Source of the DNA: Alphaproteobacteria bacterium
Lineage (GTDB): Bacteria > Pseudomonadota > Alphaproteobacteria > CACIAM-22H2
Direction: 5' to 3'
NCBI GenBank assembly: GCA_016793165.1
Contig: JAEULA010000096.1
Span: 76,699 to 140,698, forward strand
DNA: 64,000 nucleotides
Shown here one piece after another: positions 1-10,700 of the stretch. Under the pieces are notes generated by a model, which made no database searches, was not told the DNA's origin, and saw only the letters and a list, made by a program, of their open reading frames with translations. The stretch's first letter is position 1. Every line of letters begins with the position of its first letter. Both the position numbers and the translations under genes were made by a program.

Positions 1-1492
1 CGAGGCCGTGCGGCCACACCCGGACCCAAGCGCTCGCCGGCAGGCTGCCGGACGGAAAGCGCACGACGATCTGCTGTCCGGCGACCGTGTCGCCGGATGC
101 GGTGCCGGCGCCGCGCAGGGCGTGCACCGTGAAGGCCAGCGCATCCGGCCGCGCCCCCGCGCCGAACGCCGGCGCCGCGACCGCACCCCACGCGACGTCC
201 ATCACCGGCGCCATGGCGACGGCGACGGCGCCGGTGCGCAGGGTCGTCATGATCTGCGTCGTGGCGGCGTCGGACGTCGTGAGAAAGGGCGCGGCGGCGG
301 TGTTCGCCGCGGCGACGATCCGCGTGTCGCTGTCCGCCTGGCTCGCGACGCTTCGCGTGAGCCCGACGAGATCGGCCTCGATGTCGGTCACCGCGATGCG
401 CGCGAAGTCGCGCGTCAGCGCGGCGGGGAACGCCCCGCCCGTCCAGCCATTGAACAGCGGCACGGCGCCGGGTGCGCCGAAGGGACCGTTCGGGAGCATG
501 CCGATGCGCGGCATCGGCATGTCGTCGTTGGTCGTGCTGGGCGGGCGCAACGCGACCGCGGGGCCCGTGCCGGCGGTGAACAGCGTCGTCGAGGCGCCGA
601 TCGACGTGAGACCGGAAAGGTTGAGCCGCGCGACATGGGCGCTCGAGGCCGGTCCCTCGCTGGGGCCGCAGAACAGCACGACGCGGCCGGCGACGACGCC
701 GGCCGTCGCCTGGTTGCCGGTGCCGAGGGGATCGGCCCACAGATTGCCGAAGGGCGGTCCGCTCAGCGGATTGATCGAGCCCGATGCGAGGTAGCTCCAC
801 CAGTTCGCCACCGCGCCGGGATCGAGCGCACGCCCGCGATCGTCGAACGCCCAGAGCTTCAGTCCGGTCAAGGCGCCGCCGGTGTTGTTCTCCAGGATCA
901 CCTTGTTCGCGAAGGACGGCCGGTGCAGCTCGCGTGCGGGCCGGCGCGCATTGCCGAGGACGCCGCCCTCGAAGTTGAGCCCGACATAGGCGGCCTGGTC
1001 GGCGGGATCGGTGACGTCGGGCGGGAAACCGCCCTCGCGCAGTGCGCCGATCGTCGCGATTCCGCCGAGCGTGCCCGCCGGCACCTCGATCGCGAGGTGG
1101 CGCACGACCGGCCGTCCCGGCGCGCCCGCCGGCGTCGCCACGCCGTCGGGGGACGGGATGACGTTGCTGAGCGCGGCGAGGCGCAGCTCGACCTCGGGCA
1201 GCAGCGTCGCGAGCACGACGAGCGCGCCCGGCGCGAAGGCCTGCGACCCGTCCGCCTGGCGCAGGCCCGCAAGTCCTGCGGGCCGCGGCGCGGTCGCGAT
1301 GAAATAGGACGCGGTGCACCCGGCCGGCGCCCGCCACTGCATGCCCGACGGGAAGCTCGAGAGCGCGACGGCGAGGTCGACGCCGGGGGCGATGAGGTTC
1401 GGCAGCGTCGCGTCGGACTCGTCCTTGAACCACGGCCCGAGCTCCGGCGAGGCGAGGCCCAGTTGATGCGGATCGGGGTTGAGAAGGGCCAT
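1..1492 (-). CDS. Hypothetical protein, N-terminal part only (>=497 aa; runs off the left edge). Third gene of the giant-protein operon.
   Basis: Absent from the ORF track because it is edge-truncated. My own minus-strand translation from the ATG at 1490-1492 (MALLNPDPHQLGLASPELGPWFKDESDATLPNLIAPG...) stays open to nt 1 with GC3-rich codons. GGGAG lies 6 nt upstream, and the start is 11 nt after the stop of the 1083-aa gene. No family motif recognised. Confidence 0.6.
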   Translation of the reverse strand, partial: MALLNPDPHQLGLASPELGPWFKDESDATLPNLIAPGVDLAVALSSFPSGMQWRAPAGCTASYFIATAPRPAGLAGLRQADGSQAFAPGALVVLATLLPEVELRLAALSNVIPSPDGVATPAGAPGRPVVRHLAIEVPAGTLGGIATIGALREGGFPPDVTDPADQAAYVGLNFEGGVLGNARRPARELHRPSFANKVILENNTGGALTGLKLWAFDDRGRALDPGAVANWWSYLASGSINPLSGPPFGNLWADPLGTGNQATAGVVAGRVVLFCGPSEGPASSAHVARLNLSGLTSIGASTTLFTAGTGPAVALRPPSTTNDDMPMPRIGMLPNGPFGAPGAVPLFNGWTGGAFPAALTRDFARIAVTDIEADLVGLTRSVASQADSDTRIVAAANTAAAPFLTTSDAATTQIMTTLRTGAVAVAMAPVMDVAWGAVAAPAFGAGARPDALAFTVHALRGAGTASGDTVAGQQIVVRFPSGSLPASAWVRVWPHGL

Positions 1493-1503
1493 CGCGCGCT
1501 CCC

Positions 1504-4500
1504 TCAGACCAGCGTCGCTTCGGCCGGCACGCTTGCGCGACCGAGCGGATCGATCACCGCGACGCGATAGGTCATTCCGGCGCGCGCGACCGCGGCGGCG
1601 TCGACGCCGCTGATCTTGAAGGGGCCCGCGCCGCCGATCTCCGTCTCGGCGATCAGCGACGTCGAGTCCGGCACGAGCACCCGACCGTCGCCGTCGAGGA
1701 CCGCCGGCGTGACGCGCTCGACGCGCGCGCGATAGCTGCCGACGACGCCGCCCGAGAGCACGCGCGGATGGCTGAAGCGCACGACAACGTCGCTGAACGT
1801 GCCGTCGCCGACCGGCGTCGTCTCGAGGGTCAACGCCGTCGGCGGCTCGGGCGGCTGCGGCGGCACCAGCACGAGGCTCGCCGGATCCGAGGACTGGCTC
1901 CACAGGCCCTCGACGGCGCGGCCCGCGGCGGCGGAGCCGGGCGCCGCCTCGCCCTGGACCTCGGCCACCCAGTGGTATCGGACCCAGGGTTGCAGCAGCG
2001 CGCCCGTCGAGATGACGACCGGCCCGGTGTCGGAGAAGGCGACGCGCTGGCGGCCATCGGGGCCCGTCGCGGGCATCGCGCCGCTGGCGACGATCGGCAT
2101 GCGCAGCGCGTCCGTCGCGCCGAGGCTCGATCGGCGCAGGCGCCATGTCGCGGCCGCGGTGGCGCCGACCGTCAACGCGATCTCGATCACCGCCGCGTAG
2201 GTGTCCGCGTTCGTCAGCATGTCGCCAGGCCTGACCGTGATCGTCGGTCGCGCCGGCGGGTCCGCATTGGGGACCGCATAGACCAGCAGCGGCAGCGTCG
2301 CGAGATCGACGCGCGCGCCGGTCTGCGCCTCGGCGGCGATCCGGTAGAAGTTGAGCACGCGCAGGCTGCCCGAGACCGCGTGCCGGAACAGCTTCTTGCC
2401 CGTCGCGGCGTCCTGCACGACTCCCTGCAGGCGCTCGAAGAGATGCGCCCCGAACAGCGCGGCGTTCTCGCGGTAGCGGGCGGCGCGCGCGGGCGCGTCG
2501 TCCGCGCCGTCGAGGATCGTTGTCCGCCCGATCGCCTCGAGATGCGCGCGCAGCCGGTTCTCGTCGGTGTAGTAGACGGCGAAGTTGGCCTGCCCGGCGA
2601 GCGGCGCCCACTCGTACTCGACCGTCGCCAGTCCGGTGACGTCGGGGCGTCCCGAATACGACAGCTCGTCGGGCGGCGGCGCGAGCTGGCGCGGCGGCCG
2701 CGGGTCGTGCATCCGGATCGTCTGCGGCTCGGATGGGATCGAATCGGTGCCGTTCGTGTCGCGCCAGACCGCGGACATCCGCAGCTTGCGCGTCGACGCC
2801 GCGGCGAGCACGGGCCCGGTGAAGGTGAAGTCGATCGGCGCCGGTGCGCTCGGAACCGCAACGACGTGCTCGATCGTGCCGCCGGTCGGCGCGTACTTGC
2901 CGGTGAGCCGCAGTTCGCGCAGCAGGAACGAGCCCGGCGCGAGCGTCTCCACCGGCGGAACATCGACCTGGATGCGCACGGTTCCGCCCTGCCGCCGCGG
3001 ATCGGCCGGCTGCGCGTAGGTCGCGCGCAGCACCGGCCGCGGCGGCCGCGGTCGCGGGCCGGGATCGTTGACGACCGATGTCCACGGCGACCAGCGGCCG
3101 AAGCGGTCCTCCTGCGCCACACCGTAGCGGATCGGCTCCGCGCCGGCGCCGCGGTCGAACAGGAACCCCGTGCCCGGCTCGGGCGGCGGCGCGATCGCGG
3201 AGTTGGTCGCGCTCATCCCGAGCACGATCGGCAGATGCGCGCCGGCCGCGTTGGCGGCGTTCATCGACGCCGCCGTTCCGCTGGCCGCGGGCGTCTGCTT
3301 CTCCGCGGCGAGCAGGCCACCGGCGAGCACGCCGCCCACGGCCAGCTCGACCTCGCGACGCGCGTCGGGCGGCGTGACGGGCATCCAGCCGACGTGCCGG
3401 GCGGAGTCGATCCGCGGCGCCTGGGGCGGCAGCAGCGGCGCGCTGCGATCGGCGACGCAGAGCGTTCCCAGGCCGACATAGTCGCTGAGTTCCTGCAGCG
3501 GGTCGCCGCGGCCCTGGCTCAGCGTCACGCCGGGAAGCGGCTCGGCGAAGTTGCGCAGCGTGGCGAGCAGATCCTTCGCCGAGGCGAATCGATTGCCCGG
3601 CGGCAGCGCGGCCATCAGGACGTCGAAGGCGGAGCTGCCGAGCACGGGCGACGGGAAGTCCCGGAAGAATCCCGACACCCAGTAGAAGACGAGCGTGTCC
3701 TCCACCGCCGTGAACTCGCGGTCGCGCGCCTTGTAGCCGAGCAGCGCGGCGCAGCCGGGATCGAGCTGGCCCTGGAGGACGCGGTCGATGCGCCGCTGCG
3801 TCGCCGTCCCGATCGCCCGCGTGCCGTCGCGAAGCTCATCGGAGACGATCTGCTGCAGCGGCTCGACGCTCGTGTCGGCGATCAGGCTGTCGAGGTCGGC
3901 GGCGAGCGGCGCCGCGAGCGCATTGACCCGCAGCGCCTCGTAGGCCGGAGTCGCGGCCGGCGCGAACTCCGGGGCGACCATGCCGAGCGTCTCCTGGAGC
4001 GGGCGCCGCTTCGGGGCCTGGTCGAGCACGCGCAGCTCGGCGAGCGCGATCGCGTTCTCGATCGAGACGTAACGCGCCCCGCCGAGATGCGGCAGCGTGA
4101 GCAGGCTCCACGTCATGAAGTCGAAGGCCGGCAGATCGCGCGACTCGAGCCACTCCATGCCGGTGACCGACGCCGACCCTGTCAGGCGGATCTCGACGAT
4201 TCCCGGGCCGCTGAACGCGTAGGGGCGGATGCCGCGGCGGCCGAGCGAGGCCGGGCCGCGAATCGTCGCCGCGAACGCCTCCGCGACCATCCCGAGATTC
4301 GCGGTCGCGGTGCCGCCGGCGTCGGCGGTGCGCCGCGTGCGATCCAGGCGCGCGGCGCGCAGGCGCGAACGCGTGTCGAGCGCCTTCCGGACGGGAGCGG
4401 CGGGCGGCTGCGCGGGGAGACCGCCCCCGAGCGCGTCGGCACGGACGCGCGCCCATATGCAGCTCTCGCCGGGGCGCAGCGGGATGTAGGCGGTCACGGG

Positions 4501-4755
4501 GTTGTCGGCACGCAGCTCGAAGGGCGGCGTGACGATCCTGCGGCTGCTGTCCACGAACAGCGCGTCGCCGCGGAACTTCACGCCTTTTCCCTCCCGGGCG
4601 ACGACGCGGGAGATGAAGAACGGCGCGACGGGCAGCCCGAGCCCGGGATCCGCGTTGATGCGGATGTAATTGCCCGGCGGAACGTGCGGGTCGCTGTCGT
4701 CCGCGGCGAGCACCTGGGCGTTGAACAATGCGGGCGCGACGATCGGCATCGTCAT
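1504..4755 (-). CDS. Large hypothetical protein (1083 aa). Second gene of the giant-protein operon.
   Basis: ORF track 1504..4755. The ATG sits 1 nt after the TGA of the giant ORF (CTG TGA G ATG), with a GGGAGGG SD inside the last codons of the upstream gene. Composition is balanced, unlike the Arg-rich antisense ORFs. Pro-rich linkers (PGPRPRPPRP, PPQPPEPP) separate beta-rich segments. No signal peptide, TM segment or catalytic motif recognised. Confidence 0.75.
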   Translation of the reverse strand: MTMPIVAPALFNAQVLAADDSDPHVPPGNYIRINADPGLGLPVAPFFISRVVAREGKGVKFRGDALFVDSSRRIVTPPFELRADNPVTAYIPLRPGESCIWARVRADALGGGLPAQPPAAPVRKALDTRSRLRAARLDRTRRTADAGGTATANLGMVAEAFAATIRGPASLGRRGIRPYAFSGPGIVEIRLTGSASVTGMEWLESRDLPAFDFMTWSLLTLPHLGGARYVSIENAIALAELRVLDQAPKRRPLQETLGMVAPEFAPAATPAYEALRVNALAAPLAADLDSLIADTSVEPLQQIVSDELRDGTRAIGTATQRRIDRVLQGQLDPGCAALLGYKARDREFTAVEDTLVFYWVSGFFRDFPSPVLGSSAFDVLMAALPPGNRFASAKDLLATLRNFAEPLPGVTLSQGRGDPLQELSDYVGLGTLCVADRSAPLLPPQAPRIDSARHVGWMPVTPPDARREVELAVGGVLAGGLLAAEKQTPAASGTAASMNAANAAGAHLPIVLGMSATNSAIAPPPEPGTGFLFDRGAGAEPIRYGVAQEDRFGRWSPWTSVVNDPGPRPRPPRPVLRATYAQPADPRRQGGTVRIQVDVPPVETLAPGSFLLRELRLTGKYAPTGGTIEHVVAVPSAPAPIDFTFTGPVLAAASTRKLRMSAVWRDTNGTDSIPSEPQTIRMHDPRPPRQLAPPPDELSYSGRPDVTGLATVEYEWAPLAGQANFAVYYTDENRLRAHLEAIGRTTILDGADDAPARAARYRENAALFGAHLFERLQGVVQDAATGKKLFRHAVSGSLRVLNFYRIAAEAQTGARVDLATLPLLVYAVPNADPPARPTITVRPGDMLTNADTYAAVIEIALTVGATAAATWRLRRSSLGATDALRMPIVASGAMPATGPDGRQRVAFSDTGPVVISTGALLQPWVRYHWVAEVQGEAAPGSAAAGRAVEGLWSQSSDPASLVLVPPQPPEPPTALTLETTPVGDGTFSDVVVRFSHPRVLSGGVVGSYRARVERVTPAVLDGDGRVLVPDSTSLIAETEIGGAGPFKISGVDAAAVARAGMTYRVAVIDPLGRASVPAEATLV

Positions 4756-4756
4756 C

Positions 4757-7700
4757 TCACAGGCCCTCCCGCTCGAGAATCGCGGGCACGCCGCGCAGGC
4801 GCCGCCTGCCGACCCGCGGGCCGGCGCTCGTGGTGAACTCCAGGCTCAGCTCGAGATCGCCGGTCGCCGCTAGCGCGATCGCCGCCGCCGGCTTCAGCAG
4901 CAGGCGCGTCCAGCGCGCGTTGACGCGGAACGGCGCCAGCTCGACCCCGGCGGCGAAGCCGCGCAGCGGCGCGATGCGCGTGCCCAGATTGGGCTGTCCG
5001 CCGGCGGCGACGATCGTGCGCTCGCGCTTGAGCGCCTCGAGGCTGTCGACGAGAAGGCCTTCCAGCTTCCAGCTGCCGCCGTCGCGGCGCCACATCGCGT
5101 AGCTGCGCGCCTTGCGAAGCGGCAGCGGGAGCGTGTCGGCGCCGATCGACATCAAGGCGTCGTCGAGCGCGATGTCGCCTTCGACCAAGCCCGTCCCGGA
5201 TGCCATCGTCATGCCGTCCGGGATCACATGGTCGTCCGGCAGGTAGGGCGCGACGCCGCCGACGCGATAGCCGAGCGCCGCGATCAGCTCGTCGGGACCC
5301 GCGTAGCGCGAGGTGCGGAAGCGGGTCGCGCGAACGACCGGCCGGTCGCCGACCTTGCGCGCGAGGATCGTCAGGTCGTAGCCGGCGTCGGGCTGCAGGG
5401 CCATCGTCACCGCCGCGCTCGCGCCGCCGAACGGCGCCGCTTTCGGGATCAGGCAGGGTGCGGTCAGGATCGCCTCGTTGAGGCGGCGATCGCCCGTCGC
5501 GGCGAGATGCGCCGCGGGGTCGAGCCACGCCATCTCGACCTCGAGCGGCGCGGTCGCGTTGGTCAGCAGCTCCGGCGTCGCCTGCGGCGGCGGATCGGTG
5601 CGCCGCACCTCGATCACGAGCTCGCGGCCGTAGATCTCGAGCAACTGTTCGACGTGGCCACAGTCGAAATGCACCCAGATCGGATCGTCGGTGAAATGCG
5701 CGCCGCGGCCGTCGGCCGGCTCGATGCCGATCAGGTATCGCTCGATGTCGCGCGCATCGAAGCGGTACTCGTTGAGCCCGTCCTGCGGCGCGCTGGCGAG
5801 CGACGTATCGTCCGCCGCCGTCCGGAAGCGCCACGTCTCGGTTCCGCCGCTCTGCCATGGCGAGGAATCGAGATCGGGATCGGGCGGCGTCGTCTGGCTG
5901 CCGCTCGGCTGCCAGGACTTCCAGCTCCAGCCGATGACCATCTCGTACTCGGTGTTCGCCGCCAGCGCGATCTCGCGGCGTTCATCGGGTTGCGCCGCGA
6001 GGACATCGACCAGAGAATCGCGCAGCTGAGTCTGCACGGTCATGTCGGTCGCGCGCGCGTCGATCGCGCGCTGATCGACGCCGCAGATCGCGACCAGGGA
6101 GACGACCTTTCCCGGCGGCGCCACGACGCGGAACCCGTCCCAGGGACCGGTCGCGGCACGGGCCGGCTGGAAGACGACGAGGCGGCAGTGCTCGTGCGCT
6201 TGCGTCTCCGGCACGCGCACGGCCCAGGCATCGCGGGGCGTGTCGCCGACGATGCCGGTGACCGTGACGTCGCCGGCGCTCGTCGGAGGCGACAGGTCGT
6301 CGAGGCTCCCCGGCGCGCCCGGCGGCCGTCCCCCCTCCCCGTCGGCCTCGCGGCAGCACACGGCAGCCAGCACCGACTCGCCGCCGCCGCCGGTCAGCTC
6401 GACGACGCGAATGTCCGGCGCGTCGAGGCGGATCGTCTGCAGCTCGCGCTGACGGCCGGTCGTCTGCGCCCGCGCGACACGGCTACCCGCGCCGTTGATC
6501 GCGACGGCGCTCACCGGCTGCGTGGTGAACAGCATCAGCTTGAGATCGACGCGCGTGCAGGGAGCCGTCAGCGTGATGCGCAGGCCGGCAGAGAAGAACT
6601 GGAGCTCGGGAATGCGGTCGACGCCGGGGCGGTCGGGCTCCGGCCGCGCATCGATCTTGTCGACGAGGCGCAGCTCGCGCGCGCCCGAGAGCGTCTCGAA
6701 GCGCAGCCCGCGATGCGCGAGCGTGGCGACGCGATCGACCGTCGGCTTGAGACCCTCGAAATCCACGCAGGCAACGGCGGCGCCGATGCAGCAGATCCGA
6801 TGGATGACCGCCTGGCCCTTGCCGCCCTTGAGCACGATAGTCGCGACCGGCGCCCCGGTCCTGCTCGCGAAGCGCAGCACCTGCGTCACGCGGACCGCCT
6901 CGGTGGAGCGCGCGGCGGCCACGTCGCCGCCCGCCTCGTCGCGGCCGATGCCGTCCACCGGCTCCGCCTCGAACAGCATGACATGGACTTCGACGACGGG
7001 GCAGGGATGCGGCAACGCGATGCGCACGCCGGAGGCCGGGAAGCGGATCTCGGCCGCGCCGTCCTCGCCGGGAAGCGGCGCGACCCGCTCGTCGACGACG
7101 TCGACCGCGCGCAGCCGGCCGCGGCCGTCGAGCGGCGTGAAGACGAAGTCCCTGTAGGTCAGCGTCGTCACCGCGCGGTCGTTCGGCTTCAACGCGTCGA
7201 AGCTTTCGCACACGCGATCCGGCAGCTGCGCTGCGCCGTGACAGCAGATCTTGAAGACGGCCGCCTCGTTGCCGCCGCCGCTCAGGCGCAGCGTGCGGAT
7301 CGCGGGTGCGTCGAAGCGCAGCACGAGCGGCACGGCCTGGCGGAGCGATGTCTGGTCGGTGTCGACGCGCGTGCCGTCGGGAGCGAGCGCCTCGCCCCGG
7401 ACGGCCGCCGCCGTGAACTGCATGACGTGGATCTCGACGTGCGCGCACGGCGTGCGCAGCACGATCTCGATGCCGGAATCGGGAATGCGCAGATCGGCGC
7501 GTCCGTCGCTGCCGTTGCGCGGCGGGTCGACGCCGAGATCGACGTCGTCGGCGAGAAGGATGCGCGCGCGGCTGTCGATCGTGCGGATCGTCATCCCCGG
7601 GCGCTCGAGGACCAGCACCGGATCGGGGTTCGGCGACAGGCCCGCGAAATCGTCGCACGGCGCCTCGGCCGGTTCGTCCGGCCGCTGCGCCGGCGCCTCG

Positions 7701-10700
7701 CAGATCAGCAGCGTGACCGAGGGCCGCGCCACGCGCTGGTCGAAGCGCGCCTCCCAGGGAAGCGCCAGATCGCGCAGGCCCGTCGTCGCGACCTGGCGCG
7801 CCGCCGGCAGCCGGTAGGCGCTCGACACCTCGACGCCGCCGATGGTCGTGTTGAAGGGCATCGCCGTCACTACGCCGGGCACGACGTGGCAGCCGAGCCG
7901 GTCGACGAGCGCCTGCAGGTCGCGACCGACGATGCGCGTCGCGCCGATGCGGACGGCGGACTCCCCGACGACGACGAAGCGGCTCGGATAGGGCGGCAGG
8001 CCCGGCCGCTCCGCGCGCATTTCCACGGCGTGGTGGCCGGCGCGCATGGCCGAGCGGCCGAGGACGCAAGCGGTGCGCGGCGCGGGCTTCGGCGTGCAGA
8101 TGTCCTCGATCGTCTCGGCAGGATCGCCGTCCTGACTCGCACCGCCGTCGTCGAGATTGACGACCCAGGACCACGGGTCCCAGTCGAGGAGCTTGAGGTT
8201 CGGGCCCTCATGTTCGGAGGGCATCGGATTGTCGACGCCGGACGCGTCCGGCTGACGATAGGGTGTCGCCGTCCAGACGGACTGCAGCGCGCCGTCCTCC
8301 GCCGGCGACTCGACCTCGGCATCGTCGCTGGCGCGGCGGAGCACGAGGCTGTCGAGCCGGTAGGCGTATTTGAGCTCGCTCGAGCCGAACCACTTCGGCT
8401 GCGCGGGCGTCGGGCCGGGCAGGAACTGCGCCGCGCTGCCCATCGCGTTCTGGACGTAATGCGCGAAGTGGATCACCGGCGCGGTGTCGGGCCACACGGT
8501 ATTGTTGGCGTCGACGCCCGCCGCCGTTGCGGTCGCCGTCTGCGACGCGGCGTCGGCGGGATCCTGCGGCGGATTGGAGAAGATCGGAGCGTCGGACGGC
8601 GTCCCCTTGGTCGCGACACCCATGATGCGGTCGCGGCGGTCGGTCAGGCTGATGCCCTTCACCGGGCTCGGCGGCGGCGGCGGCTCGGTGTCGACATCGG
8701 GCGCGATCGAGATGCCGACGCAGCCCTCGAGCGAGAAGAAGAGCAGGTCGACCTCGCCGCAGAACTCGCCCTCGATCTTCACCTGCACGTCGCCGGCGCT
8801 CTCGCGCGCCTCGAGCACGAGCTCGCCATGCGCCGAGATCGACGTCACCACCATGTCGAGCTTGCCGGCGACGAACACGCCGCCCTTGATGATCAGCGGC
8901 GCCGTGCCGAAGCCGACGAGCACCTTCGCCGAGGCGTCGAGCTCGATCGGGCCCGCCTTCCAGGCGATCTCCCAGCCCGCACCGAAACCGACCGAGAAGC
9001 CGTCGAAGTCGAAGCGCGTGTCGCCGCCGAGATCCGGCAGGCCGCCCTGCTCGATCATCAGATAGGCCCAGGCGCGCGCGTCGATCACGTCGGGCAGCAA
9101 CGTGAGCGTGACCGGCTCGCCGTAGCGGCCGTGCTGCTCCTGGCCGTCGGAGCCGATGCGCACGTAGACGTCGCCGGGCGTCTCCGGATACGGGAAATAG
9201 GCGGCGAAGGGGACGTTGAGCGTCAGGACCTTCGGGATCGTGTAGGTCGCCGACACCGCGAGCTTGATCGCCTCGTCGTCGATCACGATCAGGCCGGTGA
9301 TCGTGCTCTCGGCGCCGCGCTCGTCCTTCGCGATCAGGTCCGGGACCTTGATGATGTTGACGTCGACGCCGAAGATCACTTCCGGCTCGGGGAAGGCGAC
9401 GACGACCATGCCCGCGCAGCTGAGCGAGAAGCTCACGTCGGGCAGCGTGCCGACCACCGCGCCGATGCCGAGCGCGAACTGGTCCTTCTGCGGGACGTAC
9501 TTGTCCTCGGGCCGCAGGTTCCACCAGTCGAGCTCCTTGAGCACCGGGTCGGGGTTGGCGACCGGTGCCCGCGTCCCGTTCATCGTGAACAGGCCCTTGA
9601 AGCCGTAGATCGCGAGGCCCGACTGCGCGAGCGGCAGCGGGGTCGCGAACTGGACGCCGAGATAGAGCGACAGGAACGCCGACGGCGCGATCTCCGGCGG
9701 CAGGCCGACGGCGAGCGCCGCCTCGCAGCCCAGCCCGAGCGGGATGATGCTCGCGTCGACGCCGGCGCGCAGGATGCCGTTGTCCTCGATGCGCACGCGG
9801 CCTTCGCCCTCGAGCACGCCCGCCACGTTGGCGCTCAGCACGAGGCCGCGCAGCTCGAACACGGGGATCGGGCTGCCGTCGGTGAAGGTGAGGCGGATGA
9901 CCGCCTCGGTGATCTCGATCAGGCCGATCTCGATCGCGACCGCGAGGCGCGCCTCGATCCACAGCGAGCCCGTACCGACGGCGATCTCGACGATGCGCAG
10001 CAGATTGCCGAGCGTGCCCGAGATCTCCCAGCGGCCCGGGTCCTCGATCTCCAGCGACGCGGTGTCGAAGACCACGCCGAAGCGGCTCCAGCCGGTCTGC
10101 GAGCTGTCGTATTCGACGCCGACGCGCTTGTAGCGGATCTTCAGCGGGCTGTCGGGCATCGTCCTCAGCCCGAGCACGCCGCTGTCGATGTGGAGCGTGC
10201 ACACGTAGTCGGTGACGATCCGCACCTGCATGTCCGGGCCCGGATCGGAGATCGATCGCATCTCCGTCTCGAAGGCCGCCGAGGTCAGCGCCACCTTCGA
10301 TCCCGGCTGCAGAATATCGGTCACGCTGCCGACCACGCCGAGCGAGATCATCGCGGCGATGCGCGCCCCCGCGCCGAGCGCGCCGGTCCCGGTCACGCCC
10401 GACATCAGTGCCGGCCCGACCGCGAGCGCCGTCGTCAGCGTCTTGTTGTCGGTCCAGGCGAGGCCGTTGGGATCGCCCTCCGACTTGATGCCCAGCGCGA
10501 CCTTCGTGTAGCCGGTGCGCGTGTCGTGGGTCCACGTCGCGAAGACGGTGAGCACCTCCTTCGCCGGATCGTCGCTGATCGTCACCGGCACCGGCGCGCC
10601 ACCGGCATCGGGCAGCGGCATCGACGTCGGCGTCCAGGAGAACTCCGCCTCGGCGAGGGTCGGGATCGCATCCCGGAGCTCCGACACCGTCGGGCTGTCC

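Noticed and set aside
8-4836. Plus-strand ORFs 8..1570 (520 aa) and 1768..4836 (1022 aa).
   Set aside because: Both are Arg/Gly/Asp-rich low-complexity translations antisense to the minus-strand genes at 1..1492 and 1504..4755. The minus-strand frames have coding-like composition, SDs and tight coupling.
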